The position numbers and the translations under genes are program-made. A stretch of 64,000 nucleotides of DNA from an uncultured Planktomarina sp. (lineage in GTDB: Bacteria; Pseudomonadota; Alphaproteobacteria; Rhodobacterales; Rhodobacteraceae), in assembly GCA_951541495.1 (NCBI GenBank), contig CATOCL010000003.1:48485-112484 (forward strand), read 5' to 3'. Below are positions 1 through 10,471 of this stretch, piece by piece; the first letter of the stretch is position 1; every line of letters starts with the position of its first letter. Under the pieces are notes generated by a model. The model was not told the DNA's origin. It searched no databases and saw only the letters and a program-made list of their open reading frames with translations.

Positions 1-1836
1 TTCTGCAATATCAGCCAAGTCGTTCTCATTTGGCCACTCGTGTACTAATGTATCTGAAATCAGAACAATTTTACCTTTAGACAAAACTGCTGTTACACCA
101 ACCGCCCCATCGTGAGGACCAACATCATATACATGATTGATTAGTTCCAAAACATGCGCTGATTTTCTAGTAACACCCGTCACTAGACCATCACCATGAC
201 CATGGGCTAACATCAAAGAGCCAAAAACATGCCTATCTCTACCAGCAAGCCGAAGCACATCTGTTTGATCAAAGCCTTTACGCTGAAGCCGATTATACAG
301 GTACTCTTTGTATGTATCTAAGTGAGGTGTGGTTGCAGCATTAACGATCTCTATCTCAGCTACCGCGTCACCAAGTCCAGCCTCCTTTAGTTTTGCCTTG
401 ACCACACTCTCACGGCCGACAACTATAGCGTTTCCAAAACCTTCACGTTGATACATAACAGCAGCGCGTAAAACACGTTCATCGTGCCCTTCTGAAAATA
501 TCATACGCGCCTGAGAAGACCGAGCGCGCGCATTGATCCCTCTTAAAATACTAGCCGTTGGGTCCATACGGGTTTTTAATGACAGCTCATAACCATCCAT
601 ATCGATGATTGGACGGCGGGCCGCCCCAGTATCCATACCCGCCCGCGCCACGGCTGGCGGAATGCGGTGAATAAGCCTTGGGTCAAACGGTGTTGGAATA
701 ATATAATCCCGCCCAAAACTTAGCTTTGTTCCATAGGCTAGCGCCACTTCATCTGGTACGTCTTCACGCGCTAATTCTGCCAGCGCCCGCGCACAAGCAA
801 TTTTCATCTCATCGTTGATGGCGCGCGCATGAATATCCAATGCGCCGCGAAATAAATAGGGGAAACCCAAAACATTATTTACCTGGTTTGGGTAATCAGA
901 GCGACCGGTGGCGACAATTGCGTCAGATCGTACCTCGTGAGCTTCTTCTGGTGTAATTTCAGGGTCTGGGTTTGCCATTGCAAAAATTACTGGGTTTTCT
1001 GCCATTTTTTTAACCATGTCTTGAGTGACAGCTCCTTTAACCGAAACCCCTAAAAAGACATCTGCGTCAACCATTGCTTCACCCAGAGACCGCATTTCAG
1101 TAGCGACAGCGTGCGCTGATTTCCACTGGTTCATGCCTTCTGTTCGGCCCTGATATATAACGCCCTTAGTATCACAAACTACACAATTGTTATGTTTTGC
1201 ACCCATTGATTTAAGTAGCTCAACACATGCGATTCCAGCCGCACCAGCTCCATTCAAAACAATTTTTACATCTTGGATTTTTTTGCCAGACAAATGTAGC
1301 GCATTTATTAGACCGGCCGCACAAATTACGGCCGTTCCATGCTGGTCATCATGGAATACTGGTATGTCCATTTCTTCTTTTAAAGCTTGCTCGATTATAA
1401 AGCACTCTGGAGCCTTGATATCCTCAAGATTAATTCCCCCAAAAGTAGGTCCCATTAACTTGACAGCTTTAATGAATTCGTCTGGGTCCTCAGTATCGAG
1501 CTCTATGTCAATTGAATTAACATCTGCAAACCTCTTAAACAAAACGGCTTTGCCTTCCATTACAGGCTTGCTACCCAATGCTCCAAGATTACCAAGTCCC
1601 AGCACCGCTGTACCGTTTGAAATTACAGCAACTAGGTTTCCCTTATTAGTGTAATCATAGGCCAACTCTGGGTTTTCTGAAATCTTTAAACACGGCACGG
1701 CTACCCCAGGAGAATATGCCAAAGACAGATCGCGCTGAGTTGTCATGGGAACGGTTGCGGTGATCTCAAACTTACCTGGTGTTGGCTCTAAGTGAAACGC
1801 CAGCGCGTCTTCATCTGTTACTTTATTATTAGCCAT
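1..1836 (-). CDS. maeB: NADP-dependent malic enzyme (malic-enzyme domain plus phosphotransacetylase-like C-terminal domain); 3' end cut by window edge
   Basis: Absent from the ORF track because it runs off the window. Reverse complement from ATG at 1836 reads MANNKVTDEDALAFHLEPTPGKFEITATVPMTTQRDLSLAYSPGVA...VFHDDQHGTAVI...NGAGAAGIAC..., then a PTA-like region (RMIFSEGHDERVLRAA...). It stays open to position 1. Confidence 0.85.
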   Translation of the reverse strand, partial: MANNKVTDEDALAFHLEPTPGKFEITATVPMTTQRDLSLAYSPGVAVPCLKISENPELAYDYTNKGNLVAVISNGTAVLGLGNLGALGSKPVMEGKAVLFKRFADVNSIDIELDTEDPDEFIKAVKLMGPTFGGINLEDIKAPECFIIEQALKEEMDIPVFHDDQHGTAVICAAGLINALHLSGKKIQDVKIVLNGAGAAGIACVELLKSMGAKHNNCVVCDTKGVIYQGRTEGMNQWKSAHAVATEMRSLGEAMVDADVFLGVSVKGAVTQDMVKKMAENPVIFAMANPDPEITPEEAHEVRSDAIVATGRSDYPNQVNNVLGFPYLFRGALDIHARAINDEMKIACARALAELAREDVPDEVALAYGTKLSFGRDYIIPTPFDPRLIHRIPPAVARAGMDTGAARRPIIDMDGYELSLKTRMDPTASILRGINARARSSQARMIFSEGHDERVLRAAVMYQREGFGNAIVVGRESVVKAKLKEAGLGDAVAEIEIVNAATTPHLDTYKEYLYNRLQRKGFDQTDVLRLAGRDRHVFGSLMLAHGHGDGLVTGVTRKSAHVLELINHVYDVGPHDGAVGVTAVLSKGKIVLISDTLVHEWPNENDLADIAE

Positions 1837-1945
1837 TATGGCACTCCTGGTTGAAATAACCTTGTATCGAACCAACAAAGCAACGACAACCGCTTCCTTT
1901 TACTTTCATCTTTGCTTAAAGTCGTTCTATTGCGGAGGTGTTGTT

Positions 1946-4579
1946 TTGGAAAAATCTGAGTATCCTATTACGCCTATGATGGCGCAGTTTTCTGAAATAA
2001 AAAAAGAATACCCACTTGCGTTACTCTTTTACAGAATGGGTGATTTCTACGAACTGTTTTTTGACGATGCTGTGCTAGCGGCTCAGGCGCTGGATATAGC
2101 ACTTACAAAACGTGGGAAACATTTGGGTGAAGACATTCCAATGTGTGGTGTTCCGGTACACTCCTCAGAGGGTTACCTTCTAAGACTAATTCGAAAGGGG
2201 TTTCGTGTTGCTGTTTGCGAGCAACTGGAAGACCCCAAAGAGGCCAAAAAGCGTGGCTCAAAGTCTGTTGTAAAACGCGGTGTTGTGCGCTTGGTTACAC
2301 CTGGAACACTTACCGAAGATAGTTTGCTAAACCCCAGAAAAAGCAACTTCTTGGCAGCTTTTTCCAACGTTCGTGATGAAAGCTGCCTTGCCTGGGTTGA
2401 TATTTCAACAGGCATCGTTTGTTATAGGTCGTGTTTACTTAGTCAACTTGGGCCTGAACTCGCTCGACTGGCGCCAGCAGAAATTTTAGTTTCTGAAGAT
2501 GCAGATGTTAGCATTCATGAAATTATTTTTGACTCAGGAGCTGCCTCAACAAAAATGCCTCCAACTGTTTTTGACAGTGAATCTGGGTTACAGAGCCTTA
2601 TAGGGGTTTATGGTGATGAAAAGGTTAGCGTTTTTAATGAGTTGGGCCGTTCAGACACCGCCGCCCTTGGTGTGTTAATTGAGTATTTAAGTACTACTCA
2701 AAAAGAACAAACCCCTCTTTTACAGTTACCCATTCGTGAAGCACAGGGTGACTTCGTATCAATAGATGCTGCAACACGTCGCAACTTAGAGTTAACAGAA
2801 ACACTAAATGGTAATCATCAGGGCTCTTTGCTATTTGCTGTAGATCGTACGGTAACTGGCGCAGGAGCCCGACTTTTATACCAAAGAATCACAACCCCAT
2901 CCCAACGCATCGACTTAATCTCCGAGAGAGCAAACGCTGTTCAGTTTTTTTGTGAAGAGAGTGGCACGCGCACAGCGATACGCATCGCCTTAAAACAGTT
3001 ACCAGATATCGAGCGCGCACTAAGCCGTCTAGCGTTGGGCCGGGGAGGGCCACGTGACCTAGTGGCGATAGCCAATGGAACTATGCAGGCAATTAAGGTC
3101 AGCCAACTATTATCTGAAAAATCACTGCCAAGCCTTCTTAGTAGTATAAACCCAGACCTAGTCGGCCATGATTTACTCTCAAACGAATTAACCACGGCAC
3201 TAATCTCTAATCCACCAATCTTAACCCGTGATGGTGGCTTTATTGATACAGGATATTCAGATGATCTTGATGAAGTACGGGCCTTACGGGATGAAGCAAG
3301 ACTAATCATTGCAAAAATGCAATCTGATTATTCAATTTTAGCTGAAATTTCTTCATTAAAAATAAAACATAATAACGTATTAGGTTATTTTATTGAAACG
3401 ACTGCAGCCCATGCACAGCGAATGCTTGCGCCCTCTCTTTCTGAAACATTCATTCACAGGCAAACAACAGCTAATGCAGTACGGTTTACAACTATAAAAC
3501 TGGGTGAGCTTGAAACAAAAATATTAAACGCTGCAGGGAAAACTATCAGCTTAGAGCAAGAGATTTTTAATCATTTAAAAGAAATGGTCCTATCTAGTGC
3601 GCCAAGCCTTCAACTTCTCAGCACTGCAATAGCCGAAATTGATGTAGCCTCTGCCCTCTCTGAGCTTGCTGTAAGCGAGAGCTGGGTAAAGCCAAAAATT
3701 AATAATGGCAGAGGTTTTATAATCGATCAAGGCCGCCATCCCGTTGTCGAAAGTGCTCTAAAAAACCAATCATCCTCTGTTTTTGTAGCAAACGATTGTA
3801 CATTAAACAGTAATGATGAATCTATATGGCTTCTTACCGGTCCAAACATGTCTGGCAAATCAACCTTTCTTCGTCAAAATGCTTTGATCGCCCTGCTTGC
3901 ACAAGCTGGATCCTACGTACCTGCCACCAGAGCAGAAATTGGAGTTGTTTCACAAATTTTCAGCCGCGTAGGTGCATCAGACGATCTTGCCCGAGGGCGT
4001 TCCACGTTCATGGTCGAAATGGTGGAGACCGCAGCCATACTGAACCAAGCGGATAATCGAGCGCTGGTAATTCTAGATGAAATTGGCCGAGGCACCTCCA
4101 CCTACGATGGACTCTCTATAGCTTGGGCCACCCTTGAGTACCTTCATGATGTCAATCAATGCCGCGCTTTATTTGCCACCCATTACCATGAACTCACTCA
4201 GCTATCAGCCAAACTGGAGAAAGTTGAAAACGCTACAGTGACAGTTCGAGAATGGGAGGGGGAGGTTGTGTTTTTACATGAAGTAAAGAAGGGAGCCGCA
4301 GACCGCTCTTACGGCGTACAAGTGGCGAAGCTCGCTGGCCTGCCACCAATGGTTTTGGAAAGGGCTAAGGTTGTACTTGAGGCCCTAGAAAGAGGAGAAC
4401 GAGAGGGATCCAGTAAACAAAAAGCATTAATCGATGACTTGCCACTGTTTTCAGCAATTCCAGCCTCTACTCCCGCCAAATCTTCGCTATTGGAAGAGAC
4501 CATAGCAAAAGTTCAACCTGATAACTTAAGCCCAAAAGAAGCTTTAGAATTAATTTACGAACTTAAATCAAAAATGTGA
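1946..4579 (+). CDS. mutS: DNA mismatch repair protein MutS
   Basis: ORF 1838-4579 has TPMMAQFSEIKKEYP...LFYRMGDFYELFFDDA, Walker A GPNMSGKSTFLRQ and DEIGRGTSTYDG. Preferred start is TTG 1946, 7 nt after GGAGG (1934-1938). ATG 1976 is the alternative; the 1838 start adds non-homologous residues. Confidence 0.9.
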   Translation: MEKSEYPITPMMAQFSEIKKEYPLALLFYRMGDFYELFFDDAVLAAQALDIALTKRGKHLGEDIPMCGVPVHSSEGYLLRLIRKGFRVAVCEQLEDPKEAKKRGSKSVVKRGVVRLVTPGTLTEDSLLNPRKSNFLAAFSNVRDESCLAWVDISTGIVCYRSCLLSQLGPELARLAPAEILVSEDADVSIHEIIFDSGAASTKMPPTVFDSESGLQSLIGVYGDEKVSVFNELGRSDTAALGVLIEYLSTTQKEQTPLLQLPIREAQGDFVSIDAATRRNLELTETLNGNHQGSLLFAVDRTVTGAGARLLYQRITTPSQRIDLISERANAVQFFCEESGTRTAIRIALKQLPDIERALSRLALGRGGPRDLVAIANGTMQAIKVSQLLSEKSLPSLLSSINPDLVGHDLLSNELTTALISNPPILTRDGGFIDTGYSDDLDEVRALRDEARLIIAKMQSDYSILAEISSLKIKHNNVLGYFIETTAAHAQRMLAPSLSETFIHRQTTANAVRFTTIKLGELETKILNAAGKTISLEQEIFNHLKEMVLSSAPSLQLLSTAIAEIDVASALSELAVSESWVKPKINNGRGFIIDQGRHPVVESALKNQSSSVFVANDCTLNSNDESIWLLTGPNMSGKSTFLRQNALIALLAQAGSYVPATRAEIGVVSQIFSRVGASDDLARGRSTFMVEMVETAAILNQADNRALVILDEIGRGTSTYDGLSIAWATLEYLHDVNQCRALFATHYHELTQLSAKLEKVENATVTVREWEGEVVFLHEVKKGAADRSYGVQVAKLAGLPPMVLERAKVVLEALERGEREGSSKQKALIDDLPLFSAIPASTPAKSSLLEETIAKVQPDNLSPKEALELIYELKSKM

Positions 4580-4639
4580 TATCGAACCCAAGTTGAAATT
4601 TCCGCTCTTCGAATTTGTTTTTCACAATTCAGATGATAT

Positions 4640-5194
4640 TCAAGCGGGTGTAGATGAAACACCAACCTGTGCAGGCCTCAAAAGTCTGTCGTGTAACATG
4701 AAACCCTCAGCCATTACCTGAATTATATCACCAGATTTTGTTCCAGGAACTGATGCCTCAAACATCGCTTCGTGGTCTTGCGGATCAAACTTGTCACCTA
4801 TTTCTGGTACAATTGGCTCAATTCCATGCTTTTTAAAAACATTTACAATTTCACGCATAGTCAACTCAACGCCCTCTATCAGGGCCGAAGCTAGCTCTCT
4901 CTGGTCTTCAGTTACCACATCAAGACCACGTTTGAGATTGTCATAAACAGGGAGGAGGTCACGAGCTAGTTTGGAGCCACCGTAGTTTTCAGCCTCTCGC
5001 CGATCTTTTTCACTGCGCTTTCGTGAGTTTTCGGCGTCGGCCAGCGCACGCATCCATTTGTCTTTCAACTCATCACGCTCAGCCCTCAACGAGTCGAGCT
5101 CGAGCTCTTCCTCAGTATGCTCTTCGTCACCAAACATCTCCTCCTCTGCAAGACTAATGTCTTGGAGGAAATCATCTTCATTTTCTTTAGCCAT
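4640..5194 (-). CDS. grpE: Nucleotide exchange factor GrpE
   Basis: 184 aa with acidic N-terminus and coiled coil, RALADAENSRKR motif. Lies 6 nt downstream of hrcA. Confidence 0.92.
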   Translation of the reverse strand: MAKENEDDFLQDISLAEEEMFGDEEHTEEELELDSLRAERDELKDKWMRALADAENSRKRSEKDRREAENYGGSKLARDLLPVYDNLKRGLDVVTEDQRELASALIEGVELTMREIVNVFKKHGIEPIVPEIGDKFDPQDHEAMFEASVPGTKSGDIIQVMAEGFMLHDRLLRPAQVGVSSTPA

Positions 5195-5200
5195 TTCGAC

Positions 5201-6262
5201 CTAACCTCGATCAGATAAAACGCGCCCAACCATCTGGGCTGTATAATTAACAATTGGTACAATTCTGCCATAGTTGAGCCGGGTGGGCCCGATAACGCCA
5301 ATAGCACCTACAACCTTTCGGTCACTGTCCATATAGGGAGAAACTACCAAAGAGGAACCCGAAAGTGAAAAAAGTTTGTTCTCAGAGCCAATAAAGATGC
5401 GTACACCCTCGCCACCCTCTGTTAATTCTAAGAATTCAGCTATGTCGCGCTTCCGCTCCAGGTCATCAAATAACACACGAACTCGGTTTAAATCATCGGC
5501 TGTTCCAGAATTTTCTAGCAAGTTCGAACGTCCTCGCACAATTAACCGCTCGTTGTCGCCTCCCGCATCTTGCATTACAGCAATACCGGATTCTACTAGT
5601 GTTGCTGTTAATGCATCTAGCTCTGTTCGGTGTTTTTTAATTTCTCCAACTATCGTTGATTGCAGTTCCTGCAATGTTTTACCTTGGCCAATAGCATTTA
5701 AAAAATTTACTGCTTCGCGCATTTGGCTCGGTGTTTGACCTGTAGGCGGCCTAAAAACCCGATTTTCCACCTCTCCATTGGCAAACACCAAAACCGCCAG
5801 GGAGCGGTCAGCAGCTAATGATACAAATTCAATATGCTTTATTGGAGAAGATTTTTTAGGAGCAAGAACCAGTGACGCACCTTGAGTTAATCCAGAAAGT
5901 GCACTCGAAATACGATCAAGCATATTTGTGACGTTATCATCATCTCCCATACTAGCGGCAATTTTGCGCTGATCTGATTCATCGGGATCACCAACCTCCA
6001 TGATTCCATCGACAAACATACGCAACCCAAGTTCTGTAGGTGTTCGACCAGCAGAAGTGTGCGGGCTATCAAGCAAACCTAAAAACTCCAGGTCCTGCAT
6101 TACATTTCTGATTGTCGTTGCGCTCACTTGTTCGTTCATTTGTTGTGTTAACGTTCTGCTTCCCATGGGTTCACCGGAAGAAAGATAGCTTTCCACTATC
6201 CGTTGAAACACTTCACGACTGCGTGTGTCCATTTCAGAAAATAGCTCAGTAGACGAATCCAT
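5201..6262 (-). CDS. hrcA: Heat-inducible transcription repressor HrcA
   Basis: MDTRSREVFQRIVESYLSSGEPMGSRTL winged-helix N-terminus and typical length. Start is uncertain (ATG 6262, 6280 or 6298); 6262 has AAGGG upstream and matches usual HrcA N-terminal length. Confidence 0.88.
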   Translation of the reverse strand: MDSSTELFSEMDTRSREVFQRIVESYLSSGEPMGSRTLTQQMNEQVSATTIRNVMQDLEFLGLLDSPHTSAGRTPTELGLRMFVDGIMEVGDPDESDQRKIAASMGDDDNVTNMLDRISSALSGLTQGASLVLAPKKSSPIKHIEFVSLAADRSLAVLVFANGEVENRVFRPPTGQTPSQMREAVNFLNAIGQGKTLQELQSTIVGEIKKHRTELDALTATLVESGIAVMQDAGGDNERLIVRGRSNLLENSGTADDLNRVRVLFDDLERKRDIAEFLELTEGGEGVRIFIGSENKLFSLSGSSLVVSPYMDSDRKVVGAIGVIGPTRLNYGRIVPIVNYTAQMVGRVLSDRG

Positions 6263-6328
6263 TAACCTAGCCCTTGCCATTTGGGGTGCGCATCGCATAT
6301 TCGCCCATCAGCACAGGGAGAACAAGTC

Positions 6329-7039
6329 ATGAGACCATCAGGACGAAAATTAAATCAGATGCGAGACATTACTATCGAAACTGGGGTCACACGTCACGCT
6401 GAGGGCTCCTGTTTAATTAAGTGTGGTGACACTCATGTGCTTTGCACGGCAAGCCTAGAGGAACGCGTCCCCGCTTTTTTAAGAAATACCGGTTTGGGCT
6501 GGGTTACCGCAGAATACGGCATGCTCCCACGTGCCACTCATACTAGAATGCGACGGGAAGCAAAGAACGGTCAATCTGGCCGCACTCAGGAAATCCAAAG
6601 ATTAATTGGCCGTAGTTTGCGGGCTGGAGTAGATCGTGTAGCTCTAGGTGAACGACAAATCAGCATCGATTGTGACGTAATACAGGCGGATGGAGGCACT
6701 CGTTGCGCGGCAATTACCGGAGGATGGGTTGCTTTAAAGTTAGCTGTTAAAAAATTGATCGCTAGTGGAGATATTCAAAGTGATCCTCTGCTAGATCCCG
6801 TTGCTGCCGTTAGCTGTGGTATTTACGCTGGACAATCTATTGTAGATTTGGACTATCCTGAGGATAGTGAAGCAGGTGTTGATGGTAATTTTGTAATGCT
6901 AGGTTCCGGTAAGTTAGTCGAAATCCAAATGTCAGCAGAGGGATCAACGTTTTCACGCACTCAAATGGACGAACTTATGAATCTTGCTGAATCAGGTATC
7001 TCTGAATTAGTCAGAGCTCAAAAGGCCGCCACTTCTTAA
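6329..7039 (+). CDS. rph: Ribonuclease PH
   Basis: [14 protein letters not shown]...[19 protein letters not shown]...[19 protein letters not shown] 6329 is preceded by GGGAG (6316-6320); the track start at 6281 adds a non-homologous leader. Confidence 0.92.
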   Translation: MRPSGRKLNQMRDITIETGVTRHAEGSCLIKCGDTHVLCTASLEERVPAFLRNTGLGWVTAEYGMLPRATHTRMRREAKNGQSGRTQEIQRLIGRSLRAGVDRVALGERQISIDCDVIQADGGTRCAAITGGWVALKLAVKKLIASGDIQSDPLLDPVAAVSCGIYAGQSIVDLDYPEDSEAGVDGNFVMLGSGKLVEIQMSAEGSTFSRTQMDELMNLAESGISELVRAQKAATS

Positions 7040-7647
7040 TGCGAAAACTGGCTGAGAAAAAAATTGTTTTAGCAAGTCACAACCAAGGCAAATTGAGCGA
7101 AATACAGGTTTTGCTCCAGCCTTTTGGAATTAGTTGTATGAGTGCTGGTGAGTTAGGTATTGATGAGCCAGAAGAAACAGAAAGTACTTTTTCAGGAAAC
7201 GCTAGAATAAAAGCACATCATTCATCAATGGCCTCTGGTTTACCGGCTTTGTCGGATGACAGTGGAATTTCTGTTGATGCGTTAGATGGAGCTCCGGGTG
7301 TGTATACAGCAGATTGGGCCAAAAAAGCAGGTGGTAGAGATTTTAATCTTGCAATGAAGGCTGTTTGGGAGAAATTGGAGGAGCGTCATGCACCAAGCCC
7401 AAGGTTAGCACAGTTTAATTGTACACTATGTCTTGCCTGGCCCGACGGACATGACGAAGTTTTTACTGGCGTCGCACCAGGACAGGTTGTTTGGCCTATA
7501 CGGGGTGAGCATGGTTTTGGCTTTGACCCAATGTTCCAGCCAGATGGATACACAAAGACTTTCGCCGAAATGCGTCCTGAAGAAAAAAATCCCTTAACAC
7601 ACAGAGCAGATGCTTTTGCTAAATTAGTAGCTGGCTGCCTTGGATAA
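7039..7647 (+). CDS. rdgB: dITP/XTP pyrophosphatase (RdgB/HAM1 family)
   Basis: IVLASHNQGKLSEI...FGFDPMFQPDGYTKTFAEM...KNPLTHRADAF. TAATG overlap with rph. Confidence 0.9.
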   Translation: MRKLAEKKIVLASHNQGKLSEIQVLLQPFGISCMSAGELGIDEPEETESTFSGNARIKAHHSSMASGLPALSDDSGISVDALDGAPGVYTADWAKKAGGRDFNLAMKAVWEKLEERHAPSPRLAQFNCTLCLAWPDGHDEVFTGVAPGQVVWPIRGEHGFGFDPMFQPDGYTKTFAEMRPEEKNPLTHRADAFAKLVAGCLG

Positions 7648-8791
7648 CGATTGGCGCCATGGTGGGTTTGGGCTTTATATTCACTGGCCCTTTTGTGAAG
7701 CTAAGTGCCCTTATTGTGATTTTAATTCTTACGTAAATTCAAACGTAGACACCCAAGTCTGGGAAGATGCACTTATTTCAGAGCTAGATCGTAACGCCAA
7801 ACTTACTAGCGGACGACTTCTTAATTCCATATTCTTTGGTGGTGGAACACCAAGTTTAATGCCGCCATCGCTAGTAGAGAAATTGATATCCAGGGCGTAT
7901 GAACATTGGACGCCAGCAAATGACATTGAAATTACCTTGGAGGCTAATCCATCATCAGTTGAAGCTGAGCGATTTTCAGGTTTTAAGGCAGCTGGTGTAA
8001 ATAGAGTTTCGATTGGTATTCAGGCTTTAAATAACCTTGACCTTAAGAAGCTTGGGAGACTGCACTCTGTAGACGACGCAATGCTAGCTTTAGAAGTAGC
8101 ACATCACCACTTTGATCGCGTGAGTTTTGATTTAATTTACGGTCGGCAAAACCAATCTTTATCATCTTGGGAGGCTGAGCTCACAAGGGCCATATCTCTA
8201 AGTAGCGGTCACCTGTCACTCTATCAACTGACCATTGAGCCTGGCACTGCGTTTGGATACCGGGCCAGTGCAGGAAAGCTTACAGGGTTGCCCAATGAGG
8301 ATCTTTCGGCTGATATGTTTGAATTTACAGACACGACCTGCGCATTAGCTGGTCTAAATTCTTATGAAGTATCTAACTTTTCTTCTGAAGGCTTAGAATC
8401 TAAACATAACTTAATCTATTGGATGGGTGGGGATTATATCGGGATTGGTCCTGGAGCGCATGGAAGAATAACATCTGATAATCAGAGACTTGCAACCAGA
8501 ACAATGCTTTCTCCAGCAGCCTGGCTTGATACCGTTCATCTTAAATCAAGCGGTGAACTTACCCCTGATATTCTTTCTAAGACTGACCATGCAAATGAAC
8601 TCATTATGATGGGCCTACGGCTCAAGGGTGGTATTTCCCAATCAAGAATAGAAGCTATGGTTGGTAAGAAGTTTAATATCACAACAGAGCTGACCGACCT
8701 TGGCCTTCTAGATATTTCTGACGGCTTTATAAGAGCGACCAACTCAGGCCGTGCGCTCTTAAATCAAGTAATACAGAAACTAATGTTTTAG
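7640..8791 (+). CDS. hemW: Radical SAM haem chaperone HemW (HemN-like, oxygen-independent coproporphyrinogen oxidase family)
   Basis: LYIHWPFCEAKCPYCDFNS CxxxCxxC radical-SAM motif, 383 aa. TTG start at 7640 overlaps the rdgB stop. Confidence 0.88.
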   Translation: MDNDWRHGGFGLYIHWPFCEAKCPYCDFNSYVNSNVDTQVWEDALISELDRNAKLTSGRLLNSIFFGGGTPSLMPPSLVEKLISRAYEHWTPANDIEITLEANPSSVEAERFSGFKAAGVNRVSIGIQALNNLDLKKLGRLHSVDDAMLALEVAHHHFDRVSFDLIYGRQNQSLSSWEAELTRAISLSSGHLSLYQLTIEPGTAFGYRASAGKLTGLPNEDLSADMFEFTDTTCALAGLNSYEVSNFSSEGLESKHNLIYWMGGDYIGIGPGAHGRITSDNQRLATRTMLSPAAWLDTVHLKSSGELTPDILSKTDHANELIMMGLRLKGGISQSRIEAMVGKKFNITTELTDLGLLDISDGFIRATNSGRALLNQVIQKLMF

Positions 8792-9684
8792 TTTTTAGTT
8801 AAGTGGCGACAAAGGTCATCAAGCTGTTCTAAATTCTTATACCGAATTTTAATTTCACCAGACGCCTGATTGGGTTTATGAGATATTGATACTTCCATTT
8901 TGAGCGCTGCACAAAGATCTCCCTCAAGAGCCTTTGTATCGGCATCCTTTGTTGTTTCAGGCAAGGGTATTTGCTTTTTAACGACATGGCTCTTCACTAG
9001 ACCTTCTGTCTGCCTTACAGATAACCCTCGCGCTATTATAATCTTTGCTATTCCTGAAGGATCACTAGAAGTGATTAAAGCTCTAGCGTGCCCACTAGAA
9101 ATTTTTCCTTTAATTACAAGATCTTGAACATATTTTGGTAGTACAAGAAGCCTAAGGAAGTTGGCTATGTGAGGTCGTGACTTACCAAGAGCCTGTGCCA
9201 TTTGATCTTGTGTATGACCAAACTTATCCATTAACTGACGATATCCTGCGGCCTCTTCAATAGGGTTTAAGTCAGCTCTTTGGATATTTTCAACTATAGC
9301 TATCTCAAGAACGTCTTCATTTGAAAACTCACGAACCACAACTGGTATTTGATGGATCTGCGCAATTTGAGAAGCTCTCCAACGCCTCTCACCAGCAACG
9401 ATCTCGAAATCACCCTTTTTACTGGGATGTGATCGCACAACGAGTGGCTGAATAATTCCCTTAGCGCGAATTGAAGCCGCAAGATCACTTAAATCATCCT
9501 TATCAAAATACCTTCGTGGCTGATCTGGGTTGGGGTGAATTTTTTCAATCGGCAAAAATGTATCGTTTTTAAATCGTGCCTTTGTGTCTGAGGCGTCTTT
9601 TGATGATGGCTCTATATCCGCCATAAGAGCGGACAACCCCCTACCAAGACCCCGCTGGCGCTTACCTACATTAGACATTTTCAA
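8788..9684 (-). CDS. parB: Chromosome partitioning protein ParB
   Basis: GLGRGLSAL, IVAGERRWRAS and HTH region; 298 aa, directly downstream of parA. Confidence 0.93.
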   Translation of the reverse strand: MKMSNVGKRQRGLGRGLSALMADIEPSSKDASDTKARFKNDTFLPIEKIHPNPDQPRRYFDKDDLSDLAASIRAKGIIQPLVVRSHPSKKGDFEIVAGERRWRASQIAQIHQIPVVVREFSNEDVLEIAIVENIQRADLNPIEEAAGYRQLMDKFGHTQDQMAQALGKSRPHIANFLRLLVLPKYVQDLVIKGKISSGHARALITSSDPSGIAKIIIARGLSVRQTEGLVKSHVVKKQIPLPETTKDADTKALEGDLCAALKMEVSISHKPNQASGEIKIRYKNLEQLDDLCRHLTKN

Positions 9685-9691
9685 CTCCCCT

Positions 9692-10471
9692 TTATTTAGG
9701 TCGTAAAAGTAACTCTTCAGCTAAAGCGCGGTACGCTGCCGCTCCTTTAGATTTAGTATCATAGCTCAAAACCGTTTTAGAAAAAGATGGCGCCTCACTA
9801 ACTCGCACATTTCTTGGGATTACTGTCTTAAAAACTAGTTCTCCTAAGTTTTTTCGTGCATCATCTTCCACCTGTAGGGACAAGCCATTACGAGAATCAA
9901 ACATGGTTAGTACAATACCATCTATTCTTAAATCTGGGTTACCCGCACTACGAATTTCTCGAACAGATAAGAGAAGCTGTGACAGTCCCTCCAAAGCATA
10001 AAACTCACTCTGCAGAGGTATTACCAAAGAGTCAGCCGCAATAAGCGCATTTACGGTTAAAACACTTAAAGATGGGGGACAATCAAAGAAAATATAATCA
10101 TAAAAGGCGACATCTGAATTATTTAAGGCAAGCGCTAGCAATTTGCTTCTATCTTTTGCCGCAGCAAACTCAATATCTGCGGAACTCAGATCTACTGTAG
10201 ATGGTATAATGTGTAGATTTTCAACATCTGTTTTAATTATAAACTGGTCTTCAATGATACCCCCACTAAGTACATCGTAGGTCGTAAACTCTCTATCTTC
10301 AGCAAGAGAACCAAGGCCAGTCGATGCGTTTCCTTGGGGATCTAGGTCTAAAATCAATACCTTACGATCTCTTTCACAAAATGCCGCTGCCAAATTAAGA
10401 GTAGTCGTTGTTTTACCAACCCCACCTTTTTGATTCGCAAATGCTATTATCTTAGGTTTGTTTTTTTGCAC
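9692..10471 (-). CDS. parA: Chromosome partitioning ATPase ParA
   Basis: KIIAFANQKGGVGKTTTTLNLAAA deviant Walker A. Preferred start is GTG 10471 (VQKNKPKIIAF...). The track start at 10540 would overlap rsmG by 89 nt and adds non-homologous residues. Confidence 0.9.
   Translation of the reverse strand: MQKNKPKIIAFANQKGGVGKTTTTLNLAAAFCERDRKVLILDLDPQGNASTGLGSLAEDREFTTYDVLSGGIIEDQFIIKTDVENLHIIPSTVDLSSADIEFAAAKDRSKLLALALNNSDVAFYDYIFFDCPPSLSVLTVNALIAADSLVIPLQSEFYALEGLSQLLLSVREIRSAGNPDLRIDGIVLTMFDSRNGLSLQVEDDARKNLGELVFKTVIPRNVRVSEAPSFSKTVLSYDTKSKGAAAYRALAEELLLRPK

Noticed and set aside
1187-1654. 155-aa plus-strand ORF
   Set aside because: It lies entirely antisense to the clearly homologous maeB coding sequence. 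The low-complexity Ser/Pro/Ala-rich translation is a typical shadow ORF.
2941-3309. 122-aa minus-strand ORF inside mutS, and similar antisense ORFs at 2173-2415, 3913-4101 and 4309-4503
   Set aside because: They are antisense to a strongly conserved gene, with biased Ser/Arg composition and no recognisable motifs.
4580-4639. Terminator between convergent mutS and grpE
   Set aside because: Only a 5-bp all-A/T stem (AAATT/AATTT) can be drawn, which is not credible as an intrinsic terminator.
6263-6328. CIRCE operator (TTAGCACTC-N9-GAGTGCTAA) near hrcA-grpE, also looked for upstream of dnaK at 60891-61043
   Set aside because: No match to the inverted repeat at either place. A loose CTTG-N19-CGAATAT sigma-32-like motif upstream of hrcA has poor spacing and overlaps the rph start, so it is not reported as a feature.
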